NCBI GenBank assembly: GCA_964451375.1
Contig: CAYVIN010000031.1
Location: 1-43,597 of the forward strand
From: an uncultured Sulfuricella sp.
Lineage (GTDB): Bacteria > Pseudomonadota > Gammaproteobacteria > Burkholderiales > Sulfuricellaceae
Direction of reading: 5' to 3'
DNA length: 43,597 bases
In this document: positions 27,201 to 35,669 of the stretch, piece after piece
Layout of the letters: each line of letters opens with the position of its first letter
Position numbering within the stretch: the first letter of the stretch is position 1
Made by a program: the position numbers and the translations under genes
Notes under the pieces: generated by a model
What the model saw: the letters and a program-made list of their open reading frames with translations, nothing else
Database searches by the model: none
Told to the model about the DNA's origin: nothing

Positions 27201-30200
27201 GGCTGGCCGTCAGCGTTGCCGTACACCGGCAGCGCCGCCGCGCGGAAGGCGACGCCGGCAATGCGCGTCGCCAGGGTTTCCTGGGCGCTCGCCACATAGG
27301 GCGAATGGAACGCCCCGCTCACCGGGAGGCGGCGGAAGTTGAGCGCGGCGGCCTGAAGCGCCGTTTCGGCGGCCTCGATATCCGCCACGCTGCCGGACAG
27401 CACCACCTGGGCCGGCGCATTGTGGTTGGCGATCACCACTTTGGCGTCGAGACCGGCCAGCACGGCGGTCACCGCGCTACGCTCGGCAAGCACCGCCGTC
27501 ATTGCGCCTGCGCCGCACGAGTGCATTGCCGCACCGCGTTGCAGGGATAACCCAAACAGGGTGGCGAGGTCATAACAACCGGCGGCGTATAACGCGGTGA
27601 ATTCGCCATACGAATGCCCGGCCAGGAAATCCGCATGGATACCCGCTGTTTCGAGCACCCGCAGCCAGGCGGCGGAGATTGCGCCGATGGCGATTTGCGC
27701 CGCCCGCGTATCGGTGAGGCGCGCCGAAAAACGTTGTTCGAGTTCCGCATTAAACGCGGCGGGCGGGTAAATCAGGCGATCCAGGCCGATGGCGGCGGGG
27801 TGCGCGAGGGCGTAAGTCTGGACGGCTTCTTCCACCACCCTGCGGAAAGGTTCGAGATAAACGGCGGCCTCGCGCCCCATGTGGGGACGCTGGCTGCCCT
27901 GGCCGGGAAACAGGAACACCAGACGGCCTTCACGTGCGGCGCGGCACGGGCCGAACCAGACGTTGGGGATTTGTTCCGCACTGCCTTTTTCCAGCGCACC
28001 TGCGACATTTTCCAGGGAACGCAGCAGTTCCGCGCGGTCGCCGGCAGCCAGCGCCAGCGCCCACTCGGCGCGGGGCTGTTCGGCGACGCGCCGCGCAGCG
28101 GCGGCGGCGATGGCCGGCAGCGCCAGTTCGGCGCGCGCCGCGAGGCGTTGCAATTTGCGGACTTCACCCAACAACGCAGCGGCGTCGGCGGCGCTCGCGA
28201 CAAACGGGATGCGCGGCCATTCCGCCGCACCCAGCGGCGCAGCTGCGCCATTTTGATATTCCTCCAGCACGGCATGGGCGTTGGTGCCGCCGAAGCCGAA
28301 GGCGCTCACCCCGGCGCGGCGCGGCGCATCGACCGGGCGGAACCAGGGCAATGGGGCGGCGGCGAGGAACACCGGACAATCCGCCTGGGTCAGCGGGGCA
28401 ATGGGGTTGTCCACCGCCGCCTGCGGCGGCAGGGTCTGGTGATACAGCGCCAGGGCGGCCTTGGAAATCCCGGCCAGTCCGGCGGCGGTCTTGATATGGC
28501 CGAGTTGGGCTTTGGCCGAGCCGAGCAATACGCTTTCGGGATGCGCGGCGTGGGCCAGGAGTTCGCTGGTAATCGTCTCCAGTTCGGCGCGGTCGCCGAC
28601 CTGGGTGCCGGTGCCGTGGGCTTCGTAGAGGCCGATGCGGGATATCGGGAACCCGGCGATGTCGTAGGCGCGCCGCACCGCGCGGCGCTGCCCGAGGGGA
28701 CGCGGGGCGGTCATGCCGAGACTGCGCCCGTCGCTGGAGCCGCCCACTGCGCGGATCACCGCATAAATCCGTTCGCCGGCCCGTTCGGCATCGGCCAATG
28801 GACGCAATACCAGCCCCACCACCCCTTCCCCCAATACGGTGCCGTCGGCGGCGCTGTCGAAGGCGCGAATTCTGCCGGTTTTGGATAACGCCCCGACAGT
28901 GCTGAAATTGACGAACTGGTCGGGCGTCAGGGATACGTCGGCCCCCGCCACCACGGCGGCTTTGCAACGCCCGGCGGCGAGTTCGGCGGTGGCGATGGCA
29001 AGCGCCGATAGGCTGGAGGCGCAGGCGGAATCCACCGCCAGATTGGGGCCGCCCAGATCGAGACGGTTGGCGATGCGCCCGGCGGTCACCGAATTCAAAC
29101 TGCCGGGAAAGGTTTCTTCGGTGCGTTTCGGCACCCGTTCGCGGAGCCGTTCGACGCTGTCCGGGTCGAGCAGGAACGGTGCGCAGGCCGACATCACCAG
29201 TTTGTTGCCGTTGAATCCGGCCACGTCGGAACACGCGGCGATCACTGCGGTGTCCTCGCGGGGGAAACCGTTTCCGTCGTTCCAGCCGGCGTCGTCGAGG
29301 GCGCGCCGCGCCACGTCGAGGGCGATGAGCTGGGCGGGCGAGATGCTGGTGACGGCTTTGGGCGGCACTCCGTAACGTAGCGGTTCAAAAATGAAGGGCT
29401 GAATCAACCCGCCCCAGCGCCCGCTACAGGCTTCCGCACCCTTCTGCGGATTTTCCTCGAAGAGCAGCCGCCAATCCCAGCGGTCGCGGGGAATTTCGTC
29501 GATGTGTACTTCCTTACTCAACAAACACCGCCAGAATTCGCCGGGGTCGCCGCCGCCGGGGGTTTGCATGGCGATGCCGACAATCGCGATATCGAGCGGT
29601 TCGGCAGCCAGCCGCAGCGGCGCGTCCGCTTCGGCGTAGGTCGTCAGCAGCGCCGCCCCGCCGACGCTGACGCGTTCATGGAGTTGCCCCAGGGTGGTTT
29701 GCTCGCACAGCAGGGTAGCCACCTCGCCGGCCATGTACATGCCATCCGCCAATTGGCGTTCCGCCGGGACTTCCAGCAACTGCCCGGCGCTTCGCTCCAA
29801 GCCCTTGGAGGCCAGGCGCAGGCGGCCCAGCGCCAGCTCGTCAAGTTCGGCGCGGAACGTTTCCGCCGGGGTGGCGGCGGCGGCGAGGCGCACCCGCGCC
29901 GCCGACCAGACGTGCGCAAAAGGAGTGTCCAGGCAGCGCACCGCGTGGCCGCGCCCGCTTTCCAGATTGACGGTGCGGCAGCTTTCCAGCACAGCCTGAC
30001 GGAAGGTCTCGGTGATTGCGCCGCTTTCCACCGCTTCGTCGCAGGTGAGATAGGCGGTGCCCATCAGGACGCCGGCCTTGACGCCGCGTTCGATCAGCGG
30101 GGCGAGCACCGCCATCGCCAGCATCGCTGAGATATCGTCATGGATGCCGCCGGCCAGCAGCACATGGAGTTTTTCATAGCCGCAGGCGGGCGGGGTGGCG

Positions 30201-31672
30201 AGTAATTCGTGGACGACACCTTCCCACAACACGAAGGAATGCAGCGGCCCGACGTGTCCGCCGCATTCGCGGCCTTCCAGAACGATGCGGCTAACCCCCT
30301 GCTCCACCAGTGCGCGAGCGCGGCGTGGGGTGGGCGCATGGACATAGGCGGCGATGCCATCCTGTTCGAGACTGTGCGCCTGATCGGCGCGGCCCCCGGC
30401 AATCAGTGCAAAAGCCGGCTTGCAGCGCCGTACTTCGCTGATCTGCGCCGCCAGCAGCGGCGCATCGGCAAACCCCAGCAAGCCGACCCCCCACGGACGG
30501 CCCGCGCAAACGCGGGCGGTTTCGTCAAGCAATGCGGCGACCCGTTCCCCCGGCAGCAGCGCCAGGGCCAGCATCGGCAACGCGCCGTTGGCGGCAATCG
30601 CGGCGGCAAATTCGGGAATGTCGCTAACCCGCGTCATCGGCCCCTGGACAATCGGATAAAGCGTCCCGTGGCTAGCCGCCAGCGGCCCCTGAGGCGCTAA
30701 CGCCTCAGCCACTTTGGCGGCATTTTGGGCAAATTGGCGGGGCGCATCAAAAACCGCCCGCGCCAGCTTGGGTAAACGCGGATGAACCCGGCGCAGCGCC
30801 GCCGAGAGCCCCGCGCCCTGCCCCAAGAGCAGCGGCGCGCCGCCGTCGCGCCGCGCCAATTCGGTTTTCGCGCGGGTTATCCAGGTGTTGTGGAGTTGCG
30901 CGGCGTCCTGGTTTTCCGCTCCGGCGCGCGCTTCCAGCTCCAGCGCCAGGGTTTCCAGGGCGCGTCCGCCGGGCGCGGCGGGATGCACCAGCACCCGCAC
31001 CGGAAACCCCAGCGGCTCGCCGACCGCGATCAGTTCAGTGCCTTCGAGGGTTTCGCGCAGACGCGCCGGAAGATCCAGCGGCCCTTGCGGCCAGGCGCTC
31101 AACTGGTCGTCCAGCACGACGCCCGCCGCACCGGCCAGCGCGCAGGCGGGGGCGCTGTATAACCCGACGCCGCCACGCACCAGTAGCGGTCGCCGGGCGA
31201 TCTGCGCCCAGCCGGCTGCCGCCAGACGCTGCATTTGCACGAAAGTGGACTGGCTGCCGGCGATCCCGCCGGCTTCTGCGCCGACCAGGATATAGCCGGC
31301 CAGATAGGGAAGTTTTGCCGCCGGGAAATTTAGATTGAGTTCGAGCAGACGTTCAACCGAGCGGACTTGTACCCAGCAGCGCCCGCCGCTTACGCCGGGT
31401 TCGGCAGGGTCATCGAGCAGCCATTCGATCCGCGTCTCGCCGCGCAAAGCCGGTTCCGCCTCGTGGGGCGCAACCCCGGCGAGAATGGCCGCATCGAACG
31501 GGAGCGCCGCCAGTATGGCGCTCAGCCGGGCGGGCTCGAGAGCCAAAAACATCTCGCGGGGGAAATATACCTGCGCGCCGACCCGCGCCAATGCGACGAC
31601 TTCGGCCACATCCGCGCGCCCCAGCGCGATCACGCAATGTTGTGTTCCTTCCTGTCCGGTTACGGTTCTCAT
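24284..31672 (-). CDS. Giant PUFA-synthase-like protein: N-terminal degenerate NMO-like region, PfaD/FabK-type enoyl reductase, KS, AT, Pro/Ala-rich linker, 2 x ACP (LGIDSIKRVEI), KR
   Basis: ER motifs are YPIVQGPMTRVSD and RECGGHVGP. KS motifs are DSACASSL, EAHGTGTQVGD and KAQLGHIKTAAG. AT motifs are LFPGQGSQ, GHSYGE and AFHSPY. Two carrier domains have ELGIDSIKRVEIVEEI and DLGIDSIKRVEIAELI. The KR has a Rossmann N-subdomain and SDYALANEALNF. ATG at 31670-31672 has a GAGGGGGA RBS. Confidence 0.85.
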   Translation of the reverse strand: MRTVTGQEGTQHCVIALGRADVAEVVALARVGAQVYFPREMFLALEPARLSAILAALPFDAAILAGVAPHEAEPALRGETRIEWLLDDPAEPGVSGGRCWVQVRSVERLLELNLNFPAAKLPYLAGYILVGAEAGGIAGSQSTFVQMQRLAAAGWAQIARRPLLVRGGVGLYSAPACALAGAAGVVLDDQLSAWPQGPLDLPARLRETLEGTELIAVGEPLGFPVRVLVHPAAPGGRALETLALELEARAGAENQDAAQLHNTWITRAKTELARRDGGAPLLLGQGAGLSAALRRVHPRLPKLARAVFDAPRQFAQNAAKVAEALAPQGPLAASHGTLYPIVQGPMTRVSDIPEFAAAIAANGALPMLALALLPGERVAALLDETARVCAGRPWGVGLLGFADAPLLAAQISEVRRCKPAFALIAGGRADQAHSLEQDGIAAYVHAPTPRRARALVEQGVSRIVLEGRECGGHVGPLHSFVLWEGVVHELLATPPACGYEKLHVLLAGGIHDDISAMLAMAVLAPLIERGVKAGVLMGTAYLTCDEAVESGAITETFRQAVLESCRTVNLESGRGHAVRCLDTPFAHVWSAARVRLAAAATPAETFRAELDELALGRLRLASKGLERSAGQLLEVPAERQLADGMYMAGEVATLLCEQTTLGQLHERVSVGGAALLTTYAEADAPLRLAAEPLDIAIVGIAMQTPGGGDPGEFWRCLLSKEVHIDEIPRDRWDWRLLFEENPQKGAEACSGRWGGLIQPFIFEPLRYGVPPKAVTSISPAQLIALDVARRALDDAGWNDGNGFPREDTAVIAACSDVAGFNGNKLVMSACAPFLLDPDSVERLRERVPKRTEETFPGSLNSVTAGRIANRLDLGGPNLAVDSACASSLSALAIATAELAAGRCKAAVVAGADVSLTPDQFVNFSTVGALSKTGRIRAFDSAADGTVLGEGVVGLVLRPLADAERAGERIYAVIRAVGGSSDGRSLGMTAPRPLGQRRAVRRAYDIAGFPISRIGLYEAHGTGTQVGDRAELETITSELLAHAAHPESVLLGSAKAQLGHIKTAAGLAGISKAALALYHQTLPPQAAVDNPIAPLTQADCPVFLAAAPLPWFRPVDAPRRAGVSAFGFGGTNAHAVLEEYQNGAAAPLGAAEWPRIPFVASAADAAALLGEVRKLQRLAARAELALPAIAAAAARRVAEQPRAEWALALAAGDRAELLRSLENVAGALEKGSAEQIPNVWFGPCRAAREGRLVFLFPGQGSQRPHMGREAAVYLEPFRRVVEEAVQTYALAHPAAIGLDRLIYPPAAFNAELEQRFSARLTDTRAAQIAIGAISAAWLRVLETAGIHADFLAGHSYGEFTALYAAGCYDLATLFGLSLQRGAAMHSCGAGAMTAVLAERSAVTAVLAGLDAKVVIANHNAPAQVVLSGSVADIEAAETALQAAALNFRRLPVSGAFHSPYVASAQETLATRIAGVAFRAAALPVYGNADGQPYPADAQEANRRLQAHMTAAVEFVAQIENLYAAGARCFVEVGPGAVLTRLVGKILPDRGVTALALDETPEMGGLLGVLGQLWLAGEDVAWENLLPESWYVSSLEGLLEQPAPQIPATAWWVGGQDARPVDEQSPLGESGVKPQLDFEEAQKMREEAGRTPQPADTAAPAAPPATDMVRLVADFQDTMRVFLSSQERILMAALGAAPASGAICAASLMPSMPVAVSVPQVAAPPLAATPAAIPAPAPAAAPVLDRAALAALVREVVASCSGYPESVLSPKHDLESELGIDSIKRVEIVEEIQRRLPPGQFAQLAGRSGELSRAKTLDQITDILSAVSGGVAAVPAPASAAPATLSAAELGDVVRRVVSELTGYPAQLLGANQDMEADLGIDSIKRVEIAELIVRNLPAQFAERLRSRPDALARAKRLQDIDAILAGLLDDAPPAAPLVTSLPPAAVAADEPETPPQYDDSCPGYTVVFEPAPLSPLPLTSPLAGKRVLVAEGDPALTHAVITHLRDLGVNPVVLPWALACRAGEVDKFLANGAVDAVLQLSPTRRPGHSALDSEAWMQAALHAVLPVAQHCAPRWTEPVSWLRWLTVTATGGAPGQNGAPEGESALLQALGGGVAGMLRCLHIEHPGATVRIADLPVEWDTALAAQTIVAELHAATDQETVSWLDGERKLMRLAAWESAPVEPGEAFRHILAIGGIRGITAHCLLSLAGPQTAISIIARGEPALQEDPASAAIPDMNGLRAYFAAALAQEGQAPQARDIERHARSVFRDRAARAALAKLREAGSTVTVFAADALDRSAVAAAIHAAQQQNGAPDCVVHGAGIIEDKRLIDKKPESWRRVIDTKLYPVLALGAHLETAKLRKMVFFGSVAGSIGNLGQSDYALANEALNFAGKAFAARWPGVSVSTINWGPWAGLGMASDAVNQQFAERGIKTIQPAAGAAFFSAAVWNGPLQLVAGAGYWETA

Positions 31673-31969
31673 ACGCCGTCCCCCCTCAACACAAACAACC
31701 AGCAAAACAGTAACCCATTCGAATCGTCTTTCCGCGAAATCTCAGGCGAGGATACTAGCATGGTTGGTCGCGTAAAAAACCGGGTTTTCCCCTACTTGAA
31801 ATAGGTGATTTGGTGGATTTTCCGATCAAAGTTATCATCAAAACACGCCGCCCTGCGCCGGTCTTTCTGAAATAGCGTTACACTTTCAACAAGGTACGGC
31901 GCGAGCGCAGGTGTTGTTCCGACCCGCCGGATTGCCGGGAACCTTTTCAATTTCAGGGAGGCGATTCAA

Positions 31970-32539
31970 ATGATGAACCGATTGATGATGTATTGGGTAT
32001 ACGGCGGAGCGCTTGCCGGGGTGCTGCTGCTGTTGCTCTACCCGTTGCTGTGCCGGGGCTGGAGCGTCGCGTTGACGCTGACCTTCCTGCATCTGCCGAT
32101 GTACATGCTCCATCAGTATGAAGAGCACGATAACGACCGTTTCCGCCTGTTTTTCAACAAAACCATCGGGGGCGGCAAGGAAGTGCTGTCCCATGCGGCG
32201 GTATTCGTGGTCAATGTGCCGCTGGTGTGGGGTTCCATTGCGGTCGCGACGGTTCTGGCAGCCGAGGTCAACATCGGGTTTGGTTTGATTGCGGTGTATC
32301 TGGCGGTGGTCAACGCCCTCGTCCACATCGCCCACGCCATCATTTTTCGCGGTTACAACCCCGGCCTGATCAGCGCAATCGTGCTGTTTTTGCCGGTCGG
32401 CGTTTCCACTATCGAGCAGATTCATCTCGCCGGCGGCAGCAGTATGATGACCCATGGCGTCGGGCTGATTTTTGCGATTCTCAGCCACGCCGGCATCATC
32501 GCCTACGTCCGTCACAAGGGGGCTTTCGCCAAGTCCTGA
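31970..32539 (+). CDS. HXXEE-domain membrane protein
   Basis: 189 aa, multi-TM, with the diagnostic HQYEEH motif. AGGGAGG RBS upstream of ATGATG. Confidence 0.6.
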   Translation: MMNRLMMYWVYGGALAGVLLLLLYPLLCRGWSVALTLTFLHLPMYMLHQYEEHDNDRFRLFFNKTIGGGKEVLSHAAVFVVNVPLVWGSIAVATVLAAEVNIGFGLIAVYLAVVNALVHIAHAIIFRGYNPGLISAIVLFLPVGVSTIEQIHLAGGSSMMTHGVGLIFAILSHAGIIAYVRHKGAFAKS

Positions 32540-32576
32540 CGGCTTGGCGGGCGGGTTACCCAAACGTCACAGCCAG

Positions 32577-32610
32577 ACGAAAAAAAGGCGGGGCAAACCG
32601 CCCCGCCTGG
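32577..32610. terminator. Bidirectional terminator hairpin GGCGGGGCAAACCGCCCCGCC between convergent genes, with A-run upstream
   Basis: Perfect GC-rich stem read from the sequence, preceded by 'aaaaaaa'. It lies between the plus-strand HXXEE gene and the minus-strand SseB-like gene. Confidence 0.55.
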
Positions 32611-32626
32611 ACTTATACGATAGAGT

Positions 32627-33034
32627 TTATTTCGACGTTTCGCGCAGCTTGGCTACGGTTTGCGGCTCGATGTCGTAACCGATTTCCCAGCCCGGATTGA
32701 GCGAGATGCCGGCAGTGTCGGTCATTTTTTCCAACACCCATTTGAATTCCGTCAGCAGACCGCCGCCGAAGCCGGGAAATTCCTGCACTATCGGCTTGGC
32801 GCGCTCGGGCGTGGTAAACAGCAACATCACGGGAACGCCGCTTTCATCCTCGACCACCAGCGGTTTGGCGCTGGTGTTGAGTTGAATGCCGGATTTGCTT
32901 TCGTCCTGGATGGGCATGAAAATTTCGGCGTTACCCAGTTCACGGAGAAACTCGGCTTCGGAAATTGTCCCTTCGTGGAGGGCTTCGAGTTTACGTTCCA
33001 GATCGGTTTTGGCGACAAATGCGGTTTCGTTCAC
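32627..33034 (-). CDS. SseB-family protein (N-terminal-domain type)
   Basis: 135 aa. Pattern ..AEFLRELGNAEIFMP..PLVVEDESGVPVMLLFTTPERA resembles the SseB N-terminal family. Confidence 0.4.
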   Translation of the reverse strand: MNETAFVAKTDLERKLEALHEGTISEAEFLRELGNAEIFMPIQDESKSGIQLNTSAKPLVVEDESGVPVMLLFTTPERAKPIVQEFPGFGGGLLTEFKWVLEKMTDTAGISLNPGWEIGYDIEPQTVAKLRETSK

Positions 33035-33525
33035 TATTTCACCTGTAAAGAATTGGGAGCAGCCTCAGAGGCTGCGGGATTCAACGCGCCCTCGGCAGGC
33101 GCCTTGGGCTTGGGTTTGGCGGGCGCCGGGACGAAATGCAGCGGTTCCTCCGGGGTGGTGCTGAAACTCCCCTTGAGTTCGCCGGGATCGTCGATTTTCT
33201 TTTCCACCAGAAACATCGAGCAGTCGGCCAGATTGGTCATGTACTGGCCGGCCTTGTCCTTGAGGATGTAATAACCTTCACCTGCGTCGTATACGTCCAC
33301 CTTGCCCATATCGCCGTCATCCGAGGGCATCTTGTAGCGGGTAATACATTTCGGGCGGGATGTGACCACCACCGCACGCATATAGTGATCGTCCCACGGA
33401 TAGGCTTTTTCGCGCAGCAGCGTCACCGCCGTCTCAGCGCCGTTGATGAGATAGGAGGACGTTTCGCTGCTGGTACAACCGCCCAGCAATGGGATCAGGG
33501 CAAGGAAGATGGCCGTTTTGTTCAC
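33034..33525 (-). CDS. Lipoprotein (signal peptide plus lipobox LLGGC), function unknown
   Basis: MNKTAIFLALIPLLGGC.. with lipobox Cys. The C-terminus is a Pro/Ala/Lys-rich tail. Confidence 0.55.
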   Translation of the reverse strand: MNKTAIFLALIPLLGGCTSSETSSYLINGAETAVTLLREKAYPWDDHYMRAVVVTSRPKCITRYKMPSDDGDMGKVDVYDAGEGYYILKDKAGQYMTNLADCSMFLVEKKIDDPGELKGSFSTTPEEPLHFVPAPAKPKPKAPAEGALNPAASEAAPNSLQVK

Positions 33526-33562
33526 TTTAATCGCACCGTTTCGAGTGGGTCATGATATTAGC

Positions 33563-33856
33563 CTAACGCGATGCTTTTGCGCCGGGCAAGAACTCCAGGG
33601 TAATGTCATCGCGTTCTGCGGCGACTTCCTTGAGCAGGCCCGCCAGCTTGACATATTCGACCCCGAGCTTGGCGGCGGCGCTGTCGCAGTCTTCCCAGAC
33701 AATTTCCAAGGGCCCTTCGACATCGCCGGTCAGAACATCCCACAACGCATCGAGATTGCGTCCGAAATGGCTGGGAAGCGCCAACTGGCGCGCCAGTTCA
33801 TCGTAAAAACGGGCGGAGGAATCAATATTGACGAGATGGCAGCGTTTCATTGGCAA
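33563..33856 (-). CDS. Barstar-family ribonuclease inhibitor (immunity protein)
   Basis: ELARQLALPSHFGRNLDALWDVLTG matches the conserved barstar core (ALPEYYGENLDALWDCLTG). It lies immediately downstream of, and overlapping, the barnase-like gene. Confidence 0.75.
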   Translation of the reverse strand: MPMKRCHLVNIDSSARFYDELARQLALPSHFGRNLDALWDVLTGDVEGPLEIVWEDCDSAAAKLGVEYVKLAGLLKEVAAERDDITLEFLPGAKASR

Positions 33857-34314
33857 TCCGGGATTTCGATGAAGGTTTGATAATGATCGACGCTGACGCG
33901 ACGTAGCCCGCCGCTGGAATACACCAGCCGTTTCGCGCCGCGATGACCGCCTTTATAGTCGAGGTCGGCTTCATGCCAATTGCCGCCAGGCAAGCGGCCC
34001 TCGCGATTGCCGAAACGGTCGCCGCCGATACTTTTGCCGTATAAGGCCGCGACGCTCCACAAGTCCTTGCCGGGCCGCCAACCGAGGCGTTGAGCGTCGT
34101 TTTTGGTAACGAACTTTTCGGGCAAGCGGGTGTTGCGGGTGGCGTTGAGGGTTTTCAGGACATTGCTGAGTTCTGCGGCGTCGATATTGTCGGATAAGTG
34201 CCGATTGACGCTCTGCGCGGCGTCATTGCACGAAACCGCCGCTGCGCCGGAGATATGTCCGATGCTCAGGGCGACCAGCGCCGCTGCGAGAATTATGGCT
34301 GGAGTCTTTTTCAT
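33847..34314 (-). CDS. Secreted barnase/RNase Sa-family guanyl-specific ribonuclease
   Basis: Signal peptide MKKTPAIILAAALVALSIGHISGAAA. The C-terminal catalytic region LPGGNWHEADLDYKGGHRGAKRLVYSSGGLRRVSVDHYQTFIEIP aligns with barnase (..GRTWREADINY..RILYSSDWLIYKTTDHYQTFTKI). Confidence 0.75.
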   Translation of the reverse strand: MKKTPAIILAAALVALSIGHISGAAAVSCNDAAQSVNRHLSDNIDAAELSNVLKTLNATRNTRLPEKFVTKNDAQRLGWRPGKDLWSVAALYGKSIGGDRFGNREGRLPGGNWHEADLDYKGGHRGAKRLVYSSGGLRRVSVDHYQTFIEIPDCQ

Positions 34315-34402
34315 GATTGCGCTAGTTTACACCAGTGCGGCTTGAAAATGTCCGACCGTTTTGTTAAGGTAATCCCCATTTTTCAGCAAGGAACCCCTAT
34401 CC

Positions 34403-34801
34403 ATGGAAACCACCCCCACCACCATGACTTTCGACGAAACCCTGGCTTACGTGAGCCAGGCCAACCACGCTGCTTTCGTTTATCTGCCGGTATTCGAGGA
34501 CAACCCCGAGGAAGCGAGCGGGGTGCGCATCCTGGTATTTTTCAGCGATGACGAAGGAATCAAGCTGCGTTACGCCGCCGGCCCCCTGTTCATGCACGCT
34601 TTTTTCGAGGATGAAATCATGCCTATCGCCGAAGCGCCCGAAAAAGCCCGCAGCCTGCGCTACATCCCCACCGTTTACGAAGAGGAAATGTTTACCAGCA
34701 ACCTGCAAAACGCTATTCAGGCGTTGATGGAAAATGCCCGCGCGGTCGCCGGCGGCACAGTTCCGCAGAAGAAAAAAGTCATTCCCCTGCATCCGGTTTA
34801 A
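34403..34801 (+). CDS. Hypothetical protein (132 aa)
   Basis: ORF with plausible composition, divergently transcribed from the barnase gene. No family recognised. Confidence 0.4.
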   Translation: METTPTTMTFDETLAYVSQANHAAFVYLPVFEDNPEEASGVRILVFFSDDEGIKLRYAAGPLFMHAFFEDEIMPIAEAPEKARSLRYIPTVYEEEMFTSNLQNAIQALMENARAVAGGTVPQKKKVIPLHPV

Positions 34802-35546
34802 GCGGCGATTGCCGGTAGAACTGTTCCAGGTGGCGGTACACCGCCGGGTAAACGTTATACAAACGCCCCGGATCGACGAAAAACGCTTCGCTGGCAACCG
34901 CGAAAAATTCCACGGGATGTTCGGCGGCATAAGGATCAAGCGCGGTTTCTTCTTCTGCATCGAGTTGGGCATTCATGGTTTCGAATGCGGCGGAAAAGTC
35001 CCGCTCCCATTCTGCGCGGCTCATTCCGCTGTGCAGTGGCGGCTGACCGCAAGGTTCGCCGCCGCGCATGTCGAGTTTGTGAACGAATTCGTGGATGACC
35101 ACATTCACCCCAGCCTCGGTGTCGCCTTCCTGCGGCCAGGAGAGGATGACCGGCCCGCCCTCCCAGGCTTCGCCGGATAACACGTCGTCGTATTCGTGAA
35201 CGATGCCGTCTTCGTCCATGACGGTGCGCGGCACAATAAATTCGCCGGGATACACGACCACGCCCACCCAGCCGTCGTACCAATCCAGCCCGAGGTTGAG
35301 GATGGGCAACGCGGCTTGCAGGGCAATGCTCAGGCGGGCATCGCCGGTCAGGGAATAATCGGCGGCGGGAATCACCGATTTTTCGCTGAGGAATTGCAGC
35401 GCCAGCTCACGCAGCCGCGATTTTTCGGCGGAGTCGAGGCGTTGCAGAAAAGGCAGTTGCGCCTCTACCCGTTGCCATTGCTCGGGCGCAACATGGCTGG
35501 AATGCAACATGCGGCGGCGCAGCCATTTTTTCAGGAAAGCAAACAT
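34779..35546 (-). CDS. mtfA: MtfA-family zinc-dependent peptidase (Mlc titration factor A / DUF980)
   Basis: 255 aa with LGLDWYDGWVGVVVYP and HExxH motif VIHEFVHKLD, co-linear with E. coli MtfA (..LGLEWLDGFHEVLIYP..IIHEVAHKLD). Confidence 0.8.
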   Translation of the reverse strand: MFAFLKKWLRRRMLHSSHVAPEQWQRVEAQLPFLQRLDSAEKSRLRELALQFLSEKSVIPAADYSLTGDARLSIALQAALPILNLGLDWYDGWVGVVVYPGEFIVPRTVMDEDGIVHEYDDVLSGEAWEGGPVILSWPQEGDTEAGVNVVIHEFVHKLDMRGGEPCGQPPLHSGMSRAEWERDFSAAFETMNAQLDAEEETALDPYAAEHPVEFFAVASEAFFVDPGRLYNVYPAVYRHLEQFYRQSPLKPDAGE

Positions 35547-35591
35547 AGCAAAAATGTAAAAACCATGAATTTAAGTGAATTGGCTAAAATG

Positions 35592-35626
35592 CCCCACCCC
35601 CACCTCTCTCCCGCGAGAGGGGAACG
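35592..35626. repeat. REP-like hairpin (CCTCTCTCCCGCGAGAGGGG), same family as 8911-8963 and 13732-13790
   Basis: GC-rich inverted repeat in the intergenic region between mtfA and the DUF4202 gene. Confidence 0.5.
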
Positions 35627-35669
35627 AAGTCTTGCTTCGTGAGTTTCAAGTTAACTGACAGGAGAATAA

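Noticed and set aside
24269-31804. Numerous plus-strand ORFs of 100-420 aa across the giant synthase gene (for example 27614-28888, 26720-27550)
   Set aside because: All lie antisense to a continuous 2.46-kaa ORF with ordered ER/KS/AT/ACP/KR motifs. These are high-GC frame artefacts.
31705-31969. Looked for a regulator, riboswitch or small ORF in the 265-bp divergent leader between the giant synthase gene and the HXXEE gene
   Set aside because: Only small overlapping ORFs without RBS. No convincing conserved structure visible by eye. Left as promoter/leader region.
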